Below, piece after piece: positions 12,101-25,585 of a stretch of 64,000 nt of DNA (position 1 is its first letter; the number at the start of each line of letters is the position of its first letter). Made by a program: the position numbers and the translations under genes. Below the pieces are notes generated by a model. The model was not told the origin of the DNA. It saw nothing but the letters and a program-made list of their open reading frames with translations, and searched no databases. The DNA lies in contig NC_134034.1 of NCBI RefSeq assembly GCF_964204645.1, positions 10,366,962 through 10,430,961 of the forward strand, read 5' to 3'. This DNA comes from Tubulanus polymorphus (taxonomy: Eukaryota > Animalia > Nemertea).

Positions 12101-14754
12101 TTGGGCTTTTACTTAAATTGGCTTTGGTAGAATTAAGATCTAATCGACCTTAATGAAGAAACTGAATTTTTTCGGGCGCAAGCATGTAGAGTTTACAGAA
12201 CGAAAAACATTTCGCGTGTTCATATACTCAATACTCAGACGGATCTCGAAGCCAGAAAATGTACCCGAATGAAGTCTGTTGTACAATGGGACGAACAGGA
12301 CTGTTTAGGTCAGTAAAATTCTAAAATCAGTTCTATATGAAATCGCGCGCAAAGCGTACCGCTTTCACCGGAAAACAAAACCGACCAAACGACACTTGAA
12401 CATTGTCAATCGTTGCAACAGTTTTATCACTGGACCCGTATAACTCGCGCACGTAACTCACGCCGAGCTTGACCTATCGTCACAATATACCCACCGCAAC
12501 AACGTCCCGGTCGAGTCGTTCGTATCGTTGGTCGTCCGAGACAACGACAAAATAAAATTTCAATCGCTGCGCTTTCTAAGAACAGTTCGAAAACAACAAA
12601 CAAAACATTTTAATACAAAACCTGACAGCGGCTACCATCGCGCTGTTTGTATTTCAAAAAATCAAAAAGCTTTGTACTTATTTAACAAAGGTTTTTAAAT
12701 TCAATGTGCCTCAGCGCTTGGTCACTTCCATAGTTTTAATGTACGATTCAGTTTTATTATCTGATGTTCACGCAGGTGTCCGGAGCCTCGTCGGGGAGGG
12801 AATGGTGGTCACTATGTACAAGATAATACAATTACATATACCTTCTAACGTTCCGTGTGGTTTTGTCGGTCCATTGCTGTACATCGCGCGCCGCCGGTCT
12901 TCAAACGTCCGCTTTTTGCATCCAGTTCATTTTTCGACAAGTTTACGACGAACAACATATTCTAAATTCGAAAAGCTCGACTTCGGTGCGCGGGCAAAAT
13001 TTTGTCGGGAAAAATGCGAAACAAAAGCAGAATTCTGTTGACAGAATTTCGCGAAAAAGGATCAAAAGCCCGTTATACCAGAAAGCCCTTCTCTCAATAA
13101 TTTACCCTGAAACATTTTTATTGCCCTGGGGCCAGTTCCACCGTCGTCACTAAAAGTCTTTAGCACCAAGAAACGAACTGTTTTCTGATTGACTTTAAGA
13201 ACGAAAATGAGCTTAGATTGGTCTTGAAGCTAAGGCTTGACTCTAAAACTGCAGCCCATGGGTCCACACTTGCTTTTGGTAACGAGCTTTTGGTAAACAT
13301 TTCTTTTATTAATAATAATAGTGTGGCCCGGGACGCCACTGCGATCAGTCATTATGAGTCGTTTGTTCGGTCGAATTATTTTGATTTAATAAAATCGAAA
13401 AACAAACGACTTTCCATACCGTAGTGAGTAAATACATGCAATCGAGCGTTGCGCCGACCAAGAGACAACGAATCGGAAAAGGTGATTGTGTCCACTGACA
13501 TAAGGCTACTCATCTCGCGACGCAAGGGGACAACGACCCGTTGAATAAAACGCGTTGAAGTTAAATTTGATTTTAAATCGCGATGCGTCATTTAGCGATT
13601 TACGACCTGTTGCTAGGTGTAAGAAAGATTGTCCGAGTGTCGAGAATTTAACTTCACAGCCGTGGGTCAGCGAGCAAATTAAACAAGTCTTTGCCCTTTG
13701 AAATGTTTGAATCAAAATATTTGAATGAGTATCGACCGCTCGCATCGTATTCAAAACTCTGCGCGCGACCGGGCACTTTTATTGATTTTTCCGGAGTAGA
13801 CCCGTATACAATGGTAACAAATCGATTTATCTGTATTGTAAATAGTGCAAAGGTTGCCAACCAGTCCTTGATGCTTGGGCTCCCGCAAATAACTTTATTC
13901 AAGCATTTACTCAACGTATTGTTGGTCAATAAATGTCAATTGACAGTGCCGTATGGCCACTTGAGATAAACGCGTGAACATCTTTCTTTTCAACTTGAAT
14001 ATTATTGATTGTATCATTAATCAAAATACATCATAGTTCTGGACTCAGTTCCACAATTTCCAAAGTTAAGATTCTATTCAGAGTTAAAGACTATTGGCCA
14101 TCATCAGGCGTACTAATCATGAAATATTTCAGTACGCCTGATGATGATTGTTTAGCCAAAACTTTGCTCAAAATATGTCTTTCTGATGAAGAATTTTTCA
14201 TCTTTGACTGAATCATCGTCGGATTTCTCTCGTCCTCCATCTTACACGGATAGTGTGTATCTTCTCGACTCTGAAGATATTTAATTGAGGAAATTATACA
14301 GATATATTTGTATTAATAAAACTGAATCGGCTTTCGGAGGAAACATTTCAGACTTTATATTTTCACAATCAGCGCTGGGATTCGCTGTATTATAATCACA
14401 ATACGGTCAGCGTGTTTCGTTAAATGGCCGTTATCTCATTATTTAGCCACAATTTTCTTCATCTAATCATGAAATCGATGTGTTGCATGTCGTTGCGTAA
14501 ACTTTATAATGAAAAACGAACCGCATTCAAAACGTATATAATTAAAGAAATGCATTCTCATCATTGAAAGTGTGTTCCGTTATCTAAATACTGACCACGC
14601 GAGTTCGAAGCCGACGTTTCCTTTCTAAGTGCATGGAGGGATTTAATTTCGCATTGTTCTCATAAAAGCGACCTGTTGCCGTGAACCATGCCGTTAGATG
14701 ACAATATCGTACGACAATTAACTCCTCTCTCGGGCTGGCGGACGGCCTGCTCGC

Positions 14755-14845
14755 TTATGGGCGTGGCTAACTGTGCGTCACGAGGTGCGAGATGGGCGTG
14801 GTTTAGGGGATCGCGGGCCGGCGCGTGCGACGTATAAAATCCATG
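14755..14845 (+). promoter_or_regulatory. Core promoter of Fer3 paralog A
   Basis: TATAAAA at 14833-14839, about 150 bp upstream of the ATG, preceded by two GGGCGTGG (Sp/KLF-type) boxes at about 14759 and 14794. Confidence 0.6.
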
Positions 14846-14981
14846 CGACGAAGATCCATCGATCAGATCTGATAAACACATCAACTTCACCGGGGCCGAC
14901 ACCGGAACCCCTCCTCAGAGAGAGACGCTAGACTTAGAGATCGAAAGAGCGACAGAGATCGAAGCCGATAGACGATAGAAC

Positions 14982-15665
14982 ATGGATCATAATCACTGGA
15001 TGTCGTCCGCGGGTGAAACGGCCGGATACCTGAACGCCGGATACCTGCCTCCGCATCACGCCGCAGCGCACGAATACGCCGGATATGGATATCACCACGA
15101 CGCCGGTTATCCGGCATCGGGACCGATCGGACACGCGTCGCATCACCACCACAGCATCGCGACCGCGCATCCCATGAACGGCGGAATCCCGGCAATGACG
15201 TCTGGCATGTTCCACCACCATCACAGCGAGCACCAGTTCGCGACGGCCGCCGGTCTCGGTCTATCGGGCTCGGGTTATTCCGGAACGCCTACGTCGTCGA
15301 CTCCGGCCAAACGCAAACGTAAACGGATCGTGACGCCGACGCAAAGAAGCGCCGCTAACGTACGCGAGCGTAAACGTATGTACAATTTGAACGAAGCGTT
15401 CGATTCGTTGCGTAAGAAAGTTCCGACGTTCGCCTACGAGAAACGCTTGTCGCGTATCGAAACGCTGCGACTGGCGATCACGTATATATCGTTTTTAGGC
15501 GACGTCGTCGAGGGCAAGGATCCGAACGACGTAAACCTGCCGAAAAACGGACATTCGGCTATCGACACTATTCAGAGACTACTGGCTCAATCGGAGCAAT
15601 GCTCGGACACGGACAGCTCCGGGACGACTAGTCCCAGAAATATCATACCTTACGGCAGCATGTAA
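14982..15665 (+). CDS. Fer3: Fer3/Nato3 (FERD3L, PTFb family) bHLH transcription factor, paralog A; intronless, 227 aa
   Basis: b[64 protein letters not shown] contains the Fer3/Nato3-type loop/helix 2 [20 protein letters not shown]. His/Gly/Ala-rich N-terminus, TATA box upstream. Confidence 0.93.
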   Translation: MDHNHWMSSAGETAGYLNAGYLPPHHAAAHEYAGYGYHHDAGYPASGPIGHASHHHHSIATAHPMNGGIPAMTSGMFHHHHSEHQFATAAGLGLSGSGYSGTPTSSTPAKRKRKRIVTPTQRSAANVRERKRMYNLNEAFDSLRKKVPTFAYEKRLSRIETLRLAITYISFLGDVVEGKDPNDVNLPKNGHSAIDTIQRLLAQSEQCSDTDSSGTTSPRNIIPYGSM

Positions 15666-17200
15666 AAATGAGAAAAAAAGCCAATATTCGCACGTGGTTT
15701 CGGAGACACGGAGGAAGAGATACAACGGTGCTCGTCGGCAAAAAGCATGACCGGAAATTCGTCCTGCGTCGAGATTGAACTGCTGATCGAAAAAAACTTT
15801 TGTTCCGGCGTCAGTTTACAGGAAACAAGAAGCGGTGACCAGGATCAGATATACGTCCAAAATGCGTCAACTGGGTAATAATATATATAATATATAATAT
15901 AATATTCTATTTAAATCTAGTGTATGAAATTAATCTAGCGACAACGAATATTTCAATGAATCGTAGCTCTTCCATTATAGGTGAAAAAAACCTTTGTAAA
16001 TAGATAGACGAAGAAGTTAATGTAATGAACCGAGTGGATTTTTTTTTGTGAAGAAAGTTTGCTAATTTCTATTTCTTTTATCTCCGAGATTCTCGGAGGT
16101 ATCCATTTCCTGCGGAAGATACTGAAAACACGGTTTACGGACTTAAGAATTAAAAGTTGCAAAGTTGTAACTTACGCGTTAATTTAATGCATAATATGCT
16201 TGTTAGTCAGAGCGCCTGTAATTAATTAATAAAAGCCAATTAATTGTTTGGTTTATTAGTTATGTTCATTGATTAAAGTCCTTAGTTGATTAATTAGCTA
16301 GTTGAATTTAGATAAAGATTTATTGATAATATATTAATGATGTATTTACAAATTCTGTAATATTAAGCATAATAATAGGACTTGAAGTGAATCTCGCAAA
16401 ATCTCGCATTTGGATCGTAGTCTTCGGCATTTACGGCATACGAAAATCTAAGTCAAAAAGTGTATTTAAAAAGAAAAATAACTTTCTCAAATTTACGAGA
16501 AATTTACAGGCATTTATTTAGTATAAACTACAGAAAACGGAGTCAAATCATGTTTGATGAGTTTTGCTTTTTTGTTCGAAAATTGGAATAACTCTTAAAG
16601 AAAAAAGTCTCCCGATGTTAGGAAAAAGTCTCCTTCTTGTATCATATGGATAGAATCTAAATGGCTCATTACGGTATTCATATGCTATTCATAAAGTCAT
16701 ATTGTTGCTCGTCGATTTCTGAAGTGCTGTTTATCCGCGTATTTTGCGCTTGGTTGTTTTTTTCTAAGATTTCATACTTTTTCATATAGTATTCTAAAAT
16801 GCCTCGTACATGACATATATACATGATGCAAAATAGAACTGAATTAAACCTGCCAAACATAATTAATATATAATTACTATATAGGATTAATTGTTGATGA
16901 TAGTTTTTATCATTATCATGATGGCGAAAAGGATGTAAATATATATAGTGTAAAGTCTTGTAAGTATATAAAATATGATTGTACATAGTTTATGGATAAT
17001 GTTATCTTGAAACAAAGAGCTCTATGCATTTAAATGTAAATGACCTGAAACGTGTAGAAATATTTATAGCTGGATTAGTTTGAACGAACGACACGAACGA
17101 ATAAAATGATTTTATCGAGAAAATTGAAAACTGAAAAACGAACGGGTTTTTGTTTCTAATTAGATTTTCTGTTCACGAAATGCAGATGGAGTCGAGAATT

Positions 17201-17621
17201 CATGGCGGATCCAGGGTCAGAGGAAGGCTGGTCCACACGAGAATTATTGAGGATGATTTCTTCAAGATTCGCCGTCATTTTGTTGCTCAAATACACCGAG
17301 ATATTTTAGAACTTCTAGAATGGTGAAGCAGCTATAATCGCCACGACAAATTATATGTACTTCGATTAAAACAAACAATTCTGTAAACTCAAACCCCGTT
17401 TCCCGGCAGGTGTGGTGGGTTTGTAAGGGACACTCAATCAAAAAAAAATTCAAACGCAATTTACCAACATATAAGTAACAGGGTCAATCCCTATTCTAAG
17501 ATAAAAAAATCGCCACGACAAGATGACCAACCCGGAGAAAATTGAAGACGAAATTTCTAAGGGACCTTTATATTTGAGGCGGGATTCCGGACCCCCACGG
17601 ACACCACTTGGCTCTGCCATG
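17201..17621. mobile_element. Probable MITE containing a nested family-E copy
   Basis: Imperfect terminal inverted repeats CATGGCGGATCCA / TGGCTCTGCCATG; no clear TSD. Confidence 0.4.
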
Positions 17622-19380
17622 CCACTAGAGCTCGCAAATTTATCATCGACCTTGAGAAATGAATTTGAAGACGACGAAAACCAGAAACTTTCAACAAAAA
17701 TATTCCACCAAAATACAGAAGCTGATCGGCATGAAATTTTGACTACCTCGCCAAAGAAAAAGGGCACTTCAAAGAAGGCACAGGAATCTACCCAAGTTCT
17801 CAGTAATACAGGATTAAATGCATAAACCGTCCATTCAGGCTCCCGGTGAAATTATCTTACTTACTTTATTATACCCTCCTACCATGTTTCCGTGGTATTT
17901 TGAGGGAAGATATATCTAAACCATTTTCGACAGATTCTACTTGTTCAAAATTCGGGGTTATTGACATTTTTATATTCGGGAATAAGGACGCATCCTATCG
18001 GGGATAAGGGCACACCTAATAGATTTAATTCGATTAGATTCGTATCAAACGAAGAACTGTCGGGCGGGCTGAATTCTATAACATTATAGGTGATATCTGG
18101 ACGAGTCATGATACTATAATCACCAGCCACCGGCTGCACAATTCCGGGTTAAGAGTTGACTCCGGCTGTCAAATCATTGTGAAAATCAACTTCATTCTTT
18201 CTAAAGTCAAAATTAGCTCCGGATTGTTGAACCGGCTCCCGGGGCTTCGTAGATCGTATGTTTATGTAATAACCCATGATCATTAGAGATAATTTGTGGT
18301 TAGATAACGGTGGCCTTATCTTTAAAATCTTTCATTTCACTGAATTGGAATGCGAACGACGGGCGCTAGTCTGAAACTAACAATGGGCGCGTTTCCGGCC
18401 AAATTGCGCCTCGGAAAACTTAAACAACACGGAAAGACAAGCAAGACCGGAAGCGGGAGGTTGGTTCGGATAGTTATCGTACGATATGTTGTTACATTTT
18501 CACTCGGCACGCCCTCTAGTGACGTAAGAAAGCAATCTATAATCGTTATCAATGACGTAGCACGCCCCCTGGTGACGTAAGTTATGATCACCGACATACG
18601 CGGGTCGTGATTCATCGAATTGTTTACGCGCTATTCCTAGATTTCGACGATTTCGCTTGAATTGAAGTGAATTTGATTGATGGGGAAGTCCACTGGATGG
18701 GGGACGTCCACTGGGGGTAATTAAGGCTATTCGTATCTGATATGAATCAGAGGACTTGCTTGTGGTCAGGCTGAGTTGTGCGTTGCATAGACTTAATTTA
18801 CACAAAAGCAAATTCTATAAATTCAATCTAAACCGTTTCGCTTTTCACTTCGTCATATTTTGATAACTTTTTAGTTTTAATACAAATGAAATTTATCAAT
18901 ATCTATCCGATGTCCGCTTCAACCTGTGGTCAACACATAATACGAAAAAAGGGTTGGACCTTCGTTTATTTAGAGTAAGAATTAGAAGGATAGTGTTCTT
19001 TTCTAATTCACTATTTTTGCATTGTTTTCAGCGACTCGACGCAATGAAATATTATCAGAAATAATCCTAATACTTCATATACGTTATAATATATGAAAAG
19101 TTACGTATGACGGCCGCACAATGGGGTGGAATTTATGTTATAGGTCGTGCGCGACAGTTAAAATTAATTCATCTCCGTAAATGGATTGTGCTCTGACATT
19201 GCATCAGCTTGTGGATATAGTGCGTCGATCGCGTGCGTGCGCCGGCTGTTGATAAATCAATCAACACATGTAATATATGCCTGCATACTTACAATATATG
19301 CCTAGGTTTTTTTTGTCAAAAAGGTTTAATCGGCTCAGTTCATATAGTTTTTTTTTTCAAATTTTGATTTCAAATATCGG

Positions 19381-19535
19381 CACCGCGTAGAGCGACGATC
19401 ACTGAGATCCACGTTCCCTGGACACCCTCAATTCGGTCGGGTGAAGATCGATGGAGCGCTCCTCACCACGCGCAGAGCGACCATCGATGAGATCCACGTT
19501 CCCCGGGAACCCTCAATTCGGTCGGGTGGAGATCT
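19381..19535 (+). repeat. About 85-bp repeat x2 (related copy in TPH intron 9, 53866-53997)
   Basis: cagagcgaccatc..tgagatccacgttccccgggaac.ctcaattcgg..gggtgaagatc. Confidence 0.85.
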
Positions 19536-20094
19536 TTTGTCGTTCTCATATTTTTCAATGCATTACTCAAAAAATCTAATCGTCCTTCAAAACCGAACCA
19601 CAATTAAGATATAACAACCATTTAAGATAATATTTAAGTAGGAATGACACCAGCTGATCTCTCCATAATCCGCATTAATCTTTTAATCCTCTGTGACACT
19701 GGCAGCATTGATACAGGATATTATGATTAATTAAATCCATTTTCTCAGTAATGTATCGGCCTAATTGAATATTGATCATTTCAAGCCCGGAAAATTGTTG
19801 ACACGACTGAGTTTGATTCAAAGAAAAATGAAGTTTGAAAGTCAAACGGCAGTTCAAGAATTAAGATGAGTTTGATTTGGATCAAGTCTCCATAAAAACT
19901 GGACGAGAAAACTAACTTGAAAGTTTATTGATGCCTTGAAAATAACACGTAGTCCTAAATATTGTTGACAATAATTACTTAAATAAATAGATGTAGGTTG
20001 TCGAATAGACACTATAATCCGTGTATACTAAACTATGATGTAAATTGAATATTCTATATCAAAGTAATTCTGTACTTCATTATGTCGATGATCG

Positions 20095-20350
20095 AATCGA
20101 ATTGACCGGCAACCAGTCTGGCCCCGATATAGTGATGACGTAGTACACATCCTCTTAAAAATGATTATTGAAATCTATCAATAATAAGATAAGAGTTTTG
20201 AAATATATCTAATTACAAAATAAAGCCAGAATTCGAAATTGGTTATTTTGGAACTCCAATATTGATGACGTAGTGCACATCAACTCTTACATAACGCGTA
20301 CTATGCATCATTGTATAACAACATCATTGTAACGGTTTTTACGGCGTCAA
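20095..20350 (+). repeat. Dispersed repeat family F (other copies about 21985-22355 and 49535-49710)
   Basis: gaattgaccggcaaccagtct.g.cccgatata.tgatgacgtagtgcacatc... shared by three loci. Confidence 0.85.
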
Positions 20351-20789
20351 ACGGAAATATCCATATAGTATATAACAAGTAAACCGAAGAGACGACCGGT
20401 CGCCTAATACGGGCATACGGACCGTTAACGCGTATTTGCATATTCATATAATCGTATCGATCGACGCTAATGCAATCACCATTACAAAATCATATTCATT
20501 CCTAATGGTGTTATCGTCTCGGACACTAATCAGAATTCTGGCCCCTCCCCGCTAAACAGCACCGTGCAATTGAGATCAATCCCAATTAGCAATCCCGTTA
20601 ATTTGCTAATTATCCGCGGCGAGGTTTCTACGTCCCCAACGAACAGAAATTTATAGTGGCTGTTAATATTGTTATGATGATATTTACACTGATTGATTTG
20701 ATAGCTATCGTTGTATGCTCTCTATTCTGTCTGTGATTTATCGATTTTCACCTTCCACGATTCACATGATTAAACAAGGTTTGATCCAT

Positions 20790-21500
20790 TTCTGGACCTA
20801 GTTTTTACAGGTCGATTTGATTTCAGTTTGAATCAAGTTTGACAATTGTGTGGGTTTTGTTTGACTATTATTATTACTATGAACAGTTTAAATTGACTCT
20901 GGACCCAGTTCCACAGCTGTGTGATTTGTATTCGATTGTTAACCCAGTTCCACTGTTGTGTGGGTTTTATTTCACTGTAAACCCAGTTCCACAGTTGTGT
21001 AGATTTAATTTGACTCTAGATCCGGTTCCACAGTTGTGGCTTTAATTTTATTCTGGACCCAGTTCCACAGTTGTGTAGATTTAATTTGACTCTAGATCCG
21101 GCTCCACAGTTGTGTGGGTTTAATTTTATTCTGAACCCAGTTCCACAGTTGTGTTGGATTCATTTGACTCTGGACCCAGTTTCACAGTTGTGTGGGTTTA
21201 ATTTGACTCTAGATCCAGTTTCACAGTTGTGTGGTTTTAATTTGACTCTAGATCCGGTTCCACAGTTGTGGGTTTAATTTTATTTTGAACCCAGTTTCAC
21301 AGTTTTGTGGGTTTAATTTGACTCTAGATCCGGCTCCACAGTTGTGTGGGTTTAATTTGACTCTAGATCTGGTTCCACAGTTGTGGGTTTAATTTTATTC
21401 TGAACCCAGTTCCACAGTTATGTGGGTTTAATTTTATTCTGAACCCAGTTCCACAGTTGTGTTGGTTGCATTTGACTCTGGATTCAGCAGTTCTACAACT
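20790..21500 (+). repeat. 39-bp tandem repeat family (array 3)
   Basis: Same unit. Confidence 0.93.
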
Positions 21501-23204
21501 TGACTGACAACCGGATTTTGGTATATAGTAGGATGGATTTTTGTCAAAAAGAATAATTGACAAAAGAATTTGCGTGAATAAACAAATAATGCTCGTAATT
21601 AGGCGGATTTACTTTACACGGTTCGACTAACAAATAAAACCAAAGCCGATTCGAATGCGGATTATACACGGAATTTATCACGATTTGTTTTTGACTTGGA
21701 GCCTACACGCTGCGCGAAATATAACCGTTTTAGACATCTGTTACCGCTTCTCGATTTACGGAGGCCGATTAGGATCATCTCTCCTAAATAGAAACAATAA
21801 GACGCGATAGAAATGAATCAATATTTCGACACATAAAATTCTCGATGTTGACGTTTGATATGAAAAGCGTTGGGCTGGCGGGAATCAGTTAGAATAGGGC
21901 AAGCACGCAATGTTGAAGCTGAACTTACGATTAAGATAGTTTAAGTTTCCCTGTTTATCGACTGTAGATTTGAATATATCAATAATTGAATTGAATTGAC
22001 CGGCAACCAGTCTAGCCCGGATATATTTATGATGTAGTGCACACATCTTCTCAAAAATAATTATCCAAATTTATCAAAAATAAAATAAGAGTTATGAATA
22101 ATATCTTGCTACAAAATGAATGCCAAAATTTACAATTGTAATTGTAATATTTTGATACGTCAATATCGATGACGTAGTGCGCATCGACTCACACAGAACC
22201 TCTCATACTAGGCATTAATGTATTTAAACATTATTGTAAAATGGTTTTACGGCGTAAAAAAGACTTTTAAAAAGAACGTCAATATTGATGCTGTGCCCCG
22301 TAAAAACGCGTACTAGGTATCAATGTATATAAACATTATTGTAAAACGGTTCTGAAAAATCATGATAATTTGTAGAAAATTCAAGAAAAGGTGCCCGCGA
22401 ACATATTTCAATCCCCTTTCAATGATGATTGGTGTAGAACAAGTACAACAACACGAGTAGTATATACTGATATAGGTTTACTTGTTTATTCAGAGCACGA
22501 GCTTTCGCTACTATCATCACTCATTTACCTGATAAAAGTCGAAACGTTGAATAAACTAAATTTCTAGCTGAAAAAAAAAAAAACATTTTCGGACTTTATT
22601 TTTCTTCATTATTATTGTTGTGGGATTCTCTCTAAACTATCACCCATAACACGAATACAATGTTTATATCAACTGTGACGTCCACCATATCATCGAATAT
22701 TCTTTAAGTCTACATATATACGTATCGACTTTATAAGCCTTTTGTTTGTTGCGACAACCAACACACGGCAAACGTTGGATCAAGTATAGATGATACTTTT
22801 AAATCGGCTTTGTTTATTTCTATGTAGGTATTATAGCTGGACACGAATATAGCCGGGGCCATAAAATATCTCACCAACAAAGCGCGACTCATAATTCTAA
22901 ACGACGCAACATGTGTTCACGATGGGCTTTATAACGAGATAAGAAATAACCTTCGTGTATATACCCGATGTTATTATGCACAGATATCATGAATTATGTC
23001 AGGTGCGAACATGATCTATGATGGTGCCACGGTGAGGGCCCCACATCAAGCCTGCTCGCCTCAACTGGGCAAACAGATATGGGCAGACAAACCATGGACT
23101 CTGAAACGAAATCGTTTTGTAGTCCAAGGATAAACTTGCACAACAGTGGAACTGGGTCCAGAGTCAAATTATAATAATAATTATTATTATTATTATCATT
23201 ATAA

Positions 23205-23795
23205 TAATAATGATTATTATTATTATTATGTTTTATTCGTGATTTGAATTATAATATGCAGGAATAGATATAAAATGATGTAGTATAAGACGCTGTAGGA
23301 CTGGTGAAGTTAAAATTTTAACACTCTCACATTCACGCACATTCATACCCCATTCATACCCCATTCATACCTACAAGTAACATGACATTTCGGTACATCA
23401 AATTGAATCAATCAGAAATACATAATTTAATCGGGAGGGATTGTCATCATTTCAGATATTTTTTGAATTGAGTTCCAGAGTTTTGGGCCTTTGTAGATTA
23501 TTGTAAATTGTCTATAGTTATTCTTAGTGAAAATAACATCTAATTCCTTGCGTCGATGTGTATTGTGACTGTGTTTAACTTTAATTGTAAATAAATGCTT
23601 GTATCGCTTGGGAAGTAGACGATTCATAGATTTAAGCATGGAGTTGAGAACTTGTTGATTACTGATATCGAATATTGTTTCGTAGATTTGAATAATGGTC
23701 CTGAATGTTCTAGGAAATGTTCTTTATTCATTATGCGCATAGCTTTTTTTTCTGCAGGATGTAAAGATTATTTAGTCTTGAGGGGTCTTGTTAGC
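23205..23795 (-). mobile_element. 5'-truncated, frameshifted CR1/L2-like LINE fragment (ORF2 C-terminus plus (ATA)n tail)
   Basis: Minus strand reads LYILQKK/AMRIMNKEHFLEHSGPLFK and LLPKRYKHLF...HSHNTH...YKGPKLWNSI, the typical post-RT tail of such elements. It is followed by AATAAA and (ATA)n. Confidence 0.75.
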
Positions 23796-23859
23796 CCAGA
23801 AATTAAAATGGAGCTGGATCCAGGGTCAAATTAAACCAACCAGTTCGTCTCAGATACCG

Positions 23860-23945
23860 CCTCCCTCCCTCCCTCCCTCCCTCCCTCCCTCCCTCCCTCC
23901 CTCCCTCCCTCCCTCCCTCCCTCCCTCCCTCTCTCTCTCTCTCTG
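23860..23945. repeat. (CCCT)n(CT)n microsatellite
   Basis: Direct inspection. Confidence 0.95.
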
Positions 23946-24397
23946 TGATCGAAACACCGCGTGTAACGAGTCCGTTCGTCTGTCACCTTCAGGACATTGT
24001 TATCGCCTGCTGCTGATTAGCTTATTGTCTGCGCGACAATAGCCAGTTTTGATCTCGACTCTCGGAGATTTCGAGTGATAATTGATAATTGATAATGAAA
24101 AACGTGTCGGAGACATTTTTATGACGATGACGTTGCGTCATCGTGGATAGAGGCAGAGAGCGGCGGCTTTCTCCAAGGGAATCATCTGTCTCCTCATGCG
24201 TTCTATGCATTCATCATTATTCTTAGCAATTCGGATTAGCCTGTGTGTACATGTATCCTTATTAACCGGTTATAAATATTTATTGATTGGGAATTAATCC
24301 GTTTTTTAGTTACTAGGCAGTGGGTTTAGGTCGACGATAAAACCAGGAACCGTCCAAAACACTGCATCTAATCTGTGAAGACGTATACAGGATCCCG

Positions 24398-24680
24398 ATC
24401 CAGTTACACAGTTGTGAGTTTGAGTTGACTCCGACTTCAAATTAGTTGATTTTCAATGAGTTAACTCTGAGTTAAAATTAGTTCATTTTTTCAATGAGCT
24501 TACTATGAGTTAGAGTTAATTCATTTTTTCAATGAGTTAACTCGGAGTTAAAATTAGTTCATTTTTTCAATGAGCTAACTATGAGTTAGAGTTAATTCAT
24601 TTTTTCAATGAGTTAATGCAGAGTTAGAGTTAATTCATTTTTTTTCAATGAGTTTACTATGAGTTCATTGAGTTAACTCT
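24398..24680 (+). repeat. TIR-like head followed by about 38-bp tandem repeats (gagttagagttaattcattttttcaatgagttaact)
   Basis: Head gatccagttacacagttgtgagtttgagttgactc resembles the 39647 hairpin element. Confidence 0.75.
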
Positions 24681-25384
24681 TTGTCAATCGTTCGCTCCGT
24701 CTTGGTTTCATCATCGTATCACCTGGGCCCATTATAGTCTAATAGGTTCTGAAAGTTGTTTCTAGGGATAAAAATGAAATAGAGTTCGTATGCCCTTTCT
24801 AAAAGTATCGACGACCTGAAAGATCGAAAACTATATATGAAGTTAAGCTATTAGTGACAGCACCTGATGACTCCGTACCGTTCTTTGGAATTGTGCCCGA
24901 GCAGAACTGAATTCAACGAATGTTCAGTGCGAGGGATTATTTCCAAATCTAAAGTAATGTGCGCCAATAAACCGCAGTTCTATAACTTTAAATGGCTTAA
25001 AATCTTTACGATCTTCTACATGATCAGAAGATCCACATGATCATTTTTACGGAATCTTACTTAGCATAAAGACGTGCAATTAAAGTCTTGTACCGACCCG
25101 CCCCAACGGTTTTAACGCGGATTAGACACAAATGCGATTAGACACAGGCCGTCGACTGAAAACATGGCAGGACATAGTGTTCTTTTGAATGGTGGCTTGA
25201 AATGAATTTGTTACGCTCTTAATCGGACAGTGGTGATTTCTAGCCGAAAATCGGTTTTGAATGAAACGAATGCCGTCGGCGTGTCCAGAAAATAGAGAAA
25301 TTTTACTTGTCAAAGAAAACTTTTATGAAAAGTACATAATCAACAATATTTAGTACAAAGATGACGGATAACATAGCGCATGTA

Positions 25385-25585
25385 TCGGTTTAATTTGACT
25401 CTGGGTCCAGTTCCACAGTTGTGTGGGTTTAATTTGACTTTGCACAGTTGTGTGGGTTTAATTTGACTGTGGGTCCAGTTCCACAGTTGTGTGGGTTTAA
25501 TCTAACTCAGAACCCGGCAGTTCCCCAGCTTTGTGTGGGTTCAATTTGACTCTGAGCACATTTGCACTGTTGTGTGGTTTTAATG
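25385..25585 (+). repeat. 39-bp tandem repeat family (array 4)
   Basis: Same unit. Confidence 0.88.

Noticed and set aside
14982-15665. Calling the bHLH genes Ptf1a or Twist
   Set aside because: The loop [16 protein letters not shown] is Fer3/Nato3-type (Ptf1a: IPTLPYEKRLSKVDTL). There is no Ptf1a C-terminal WTP motif or Twist WR motif.
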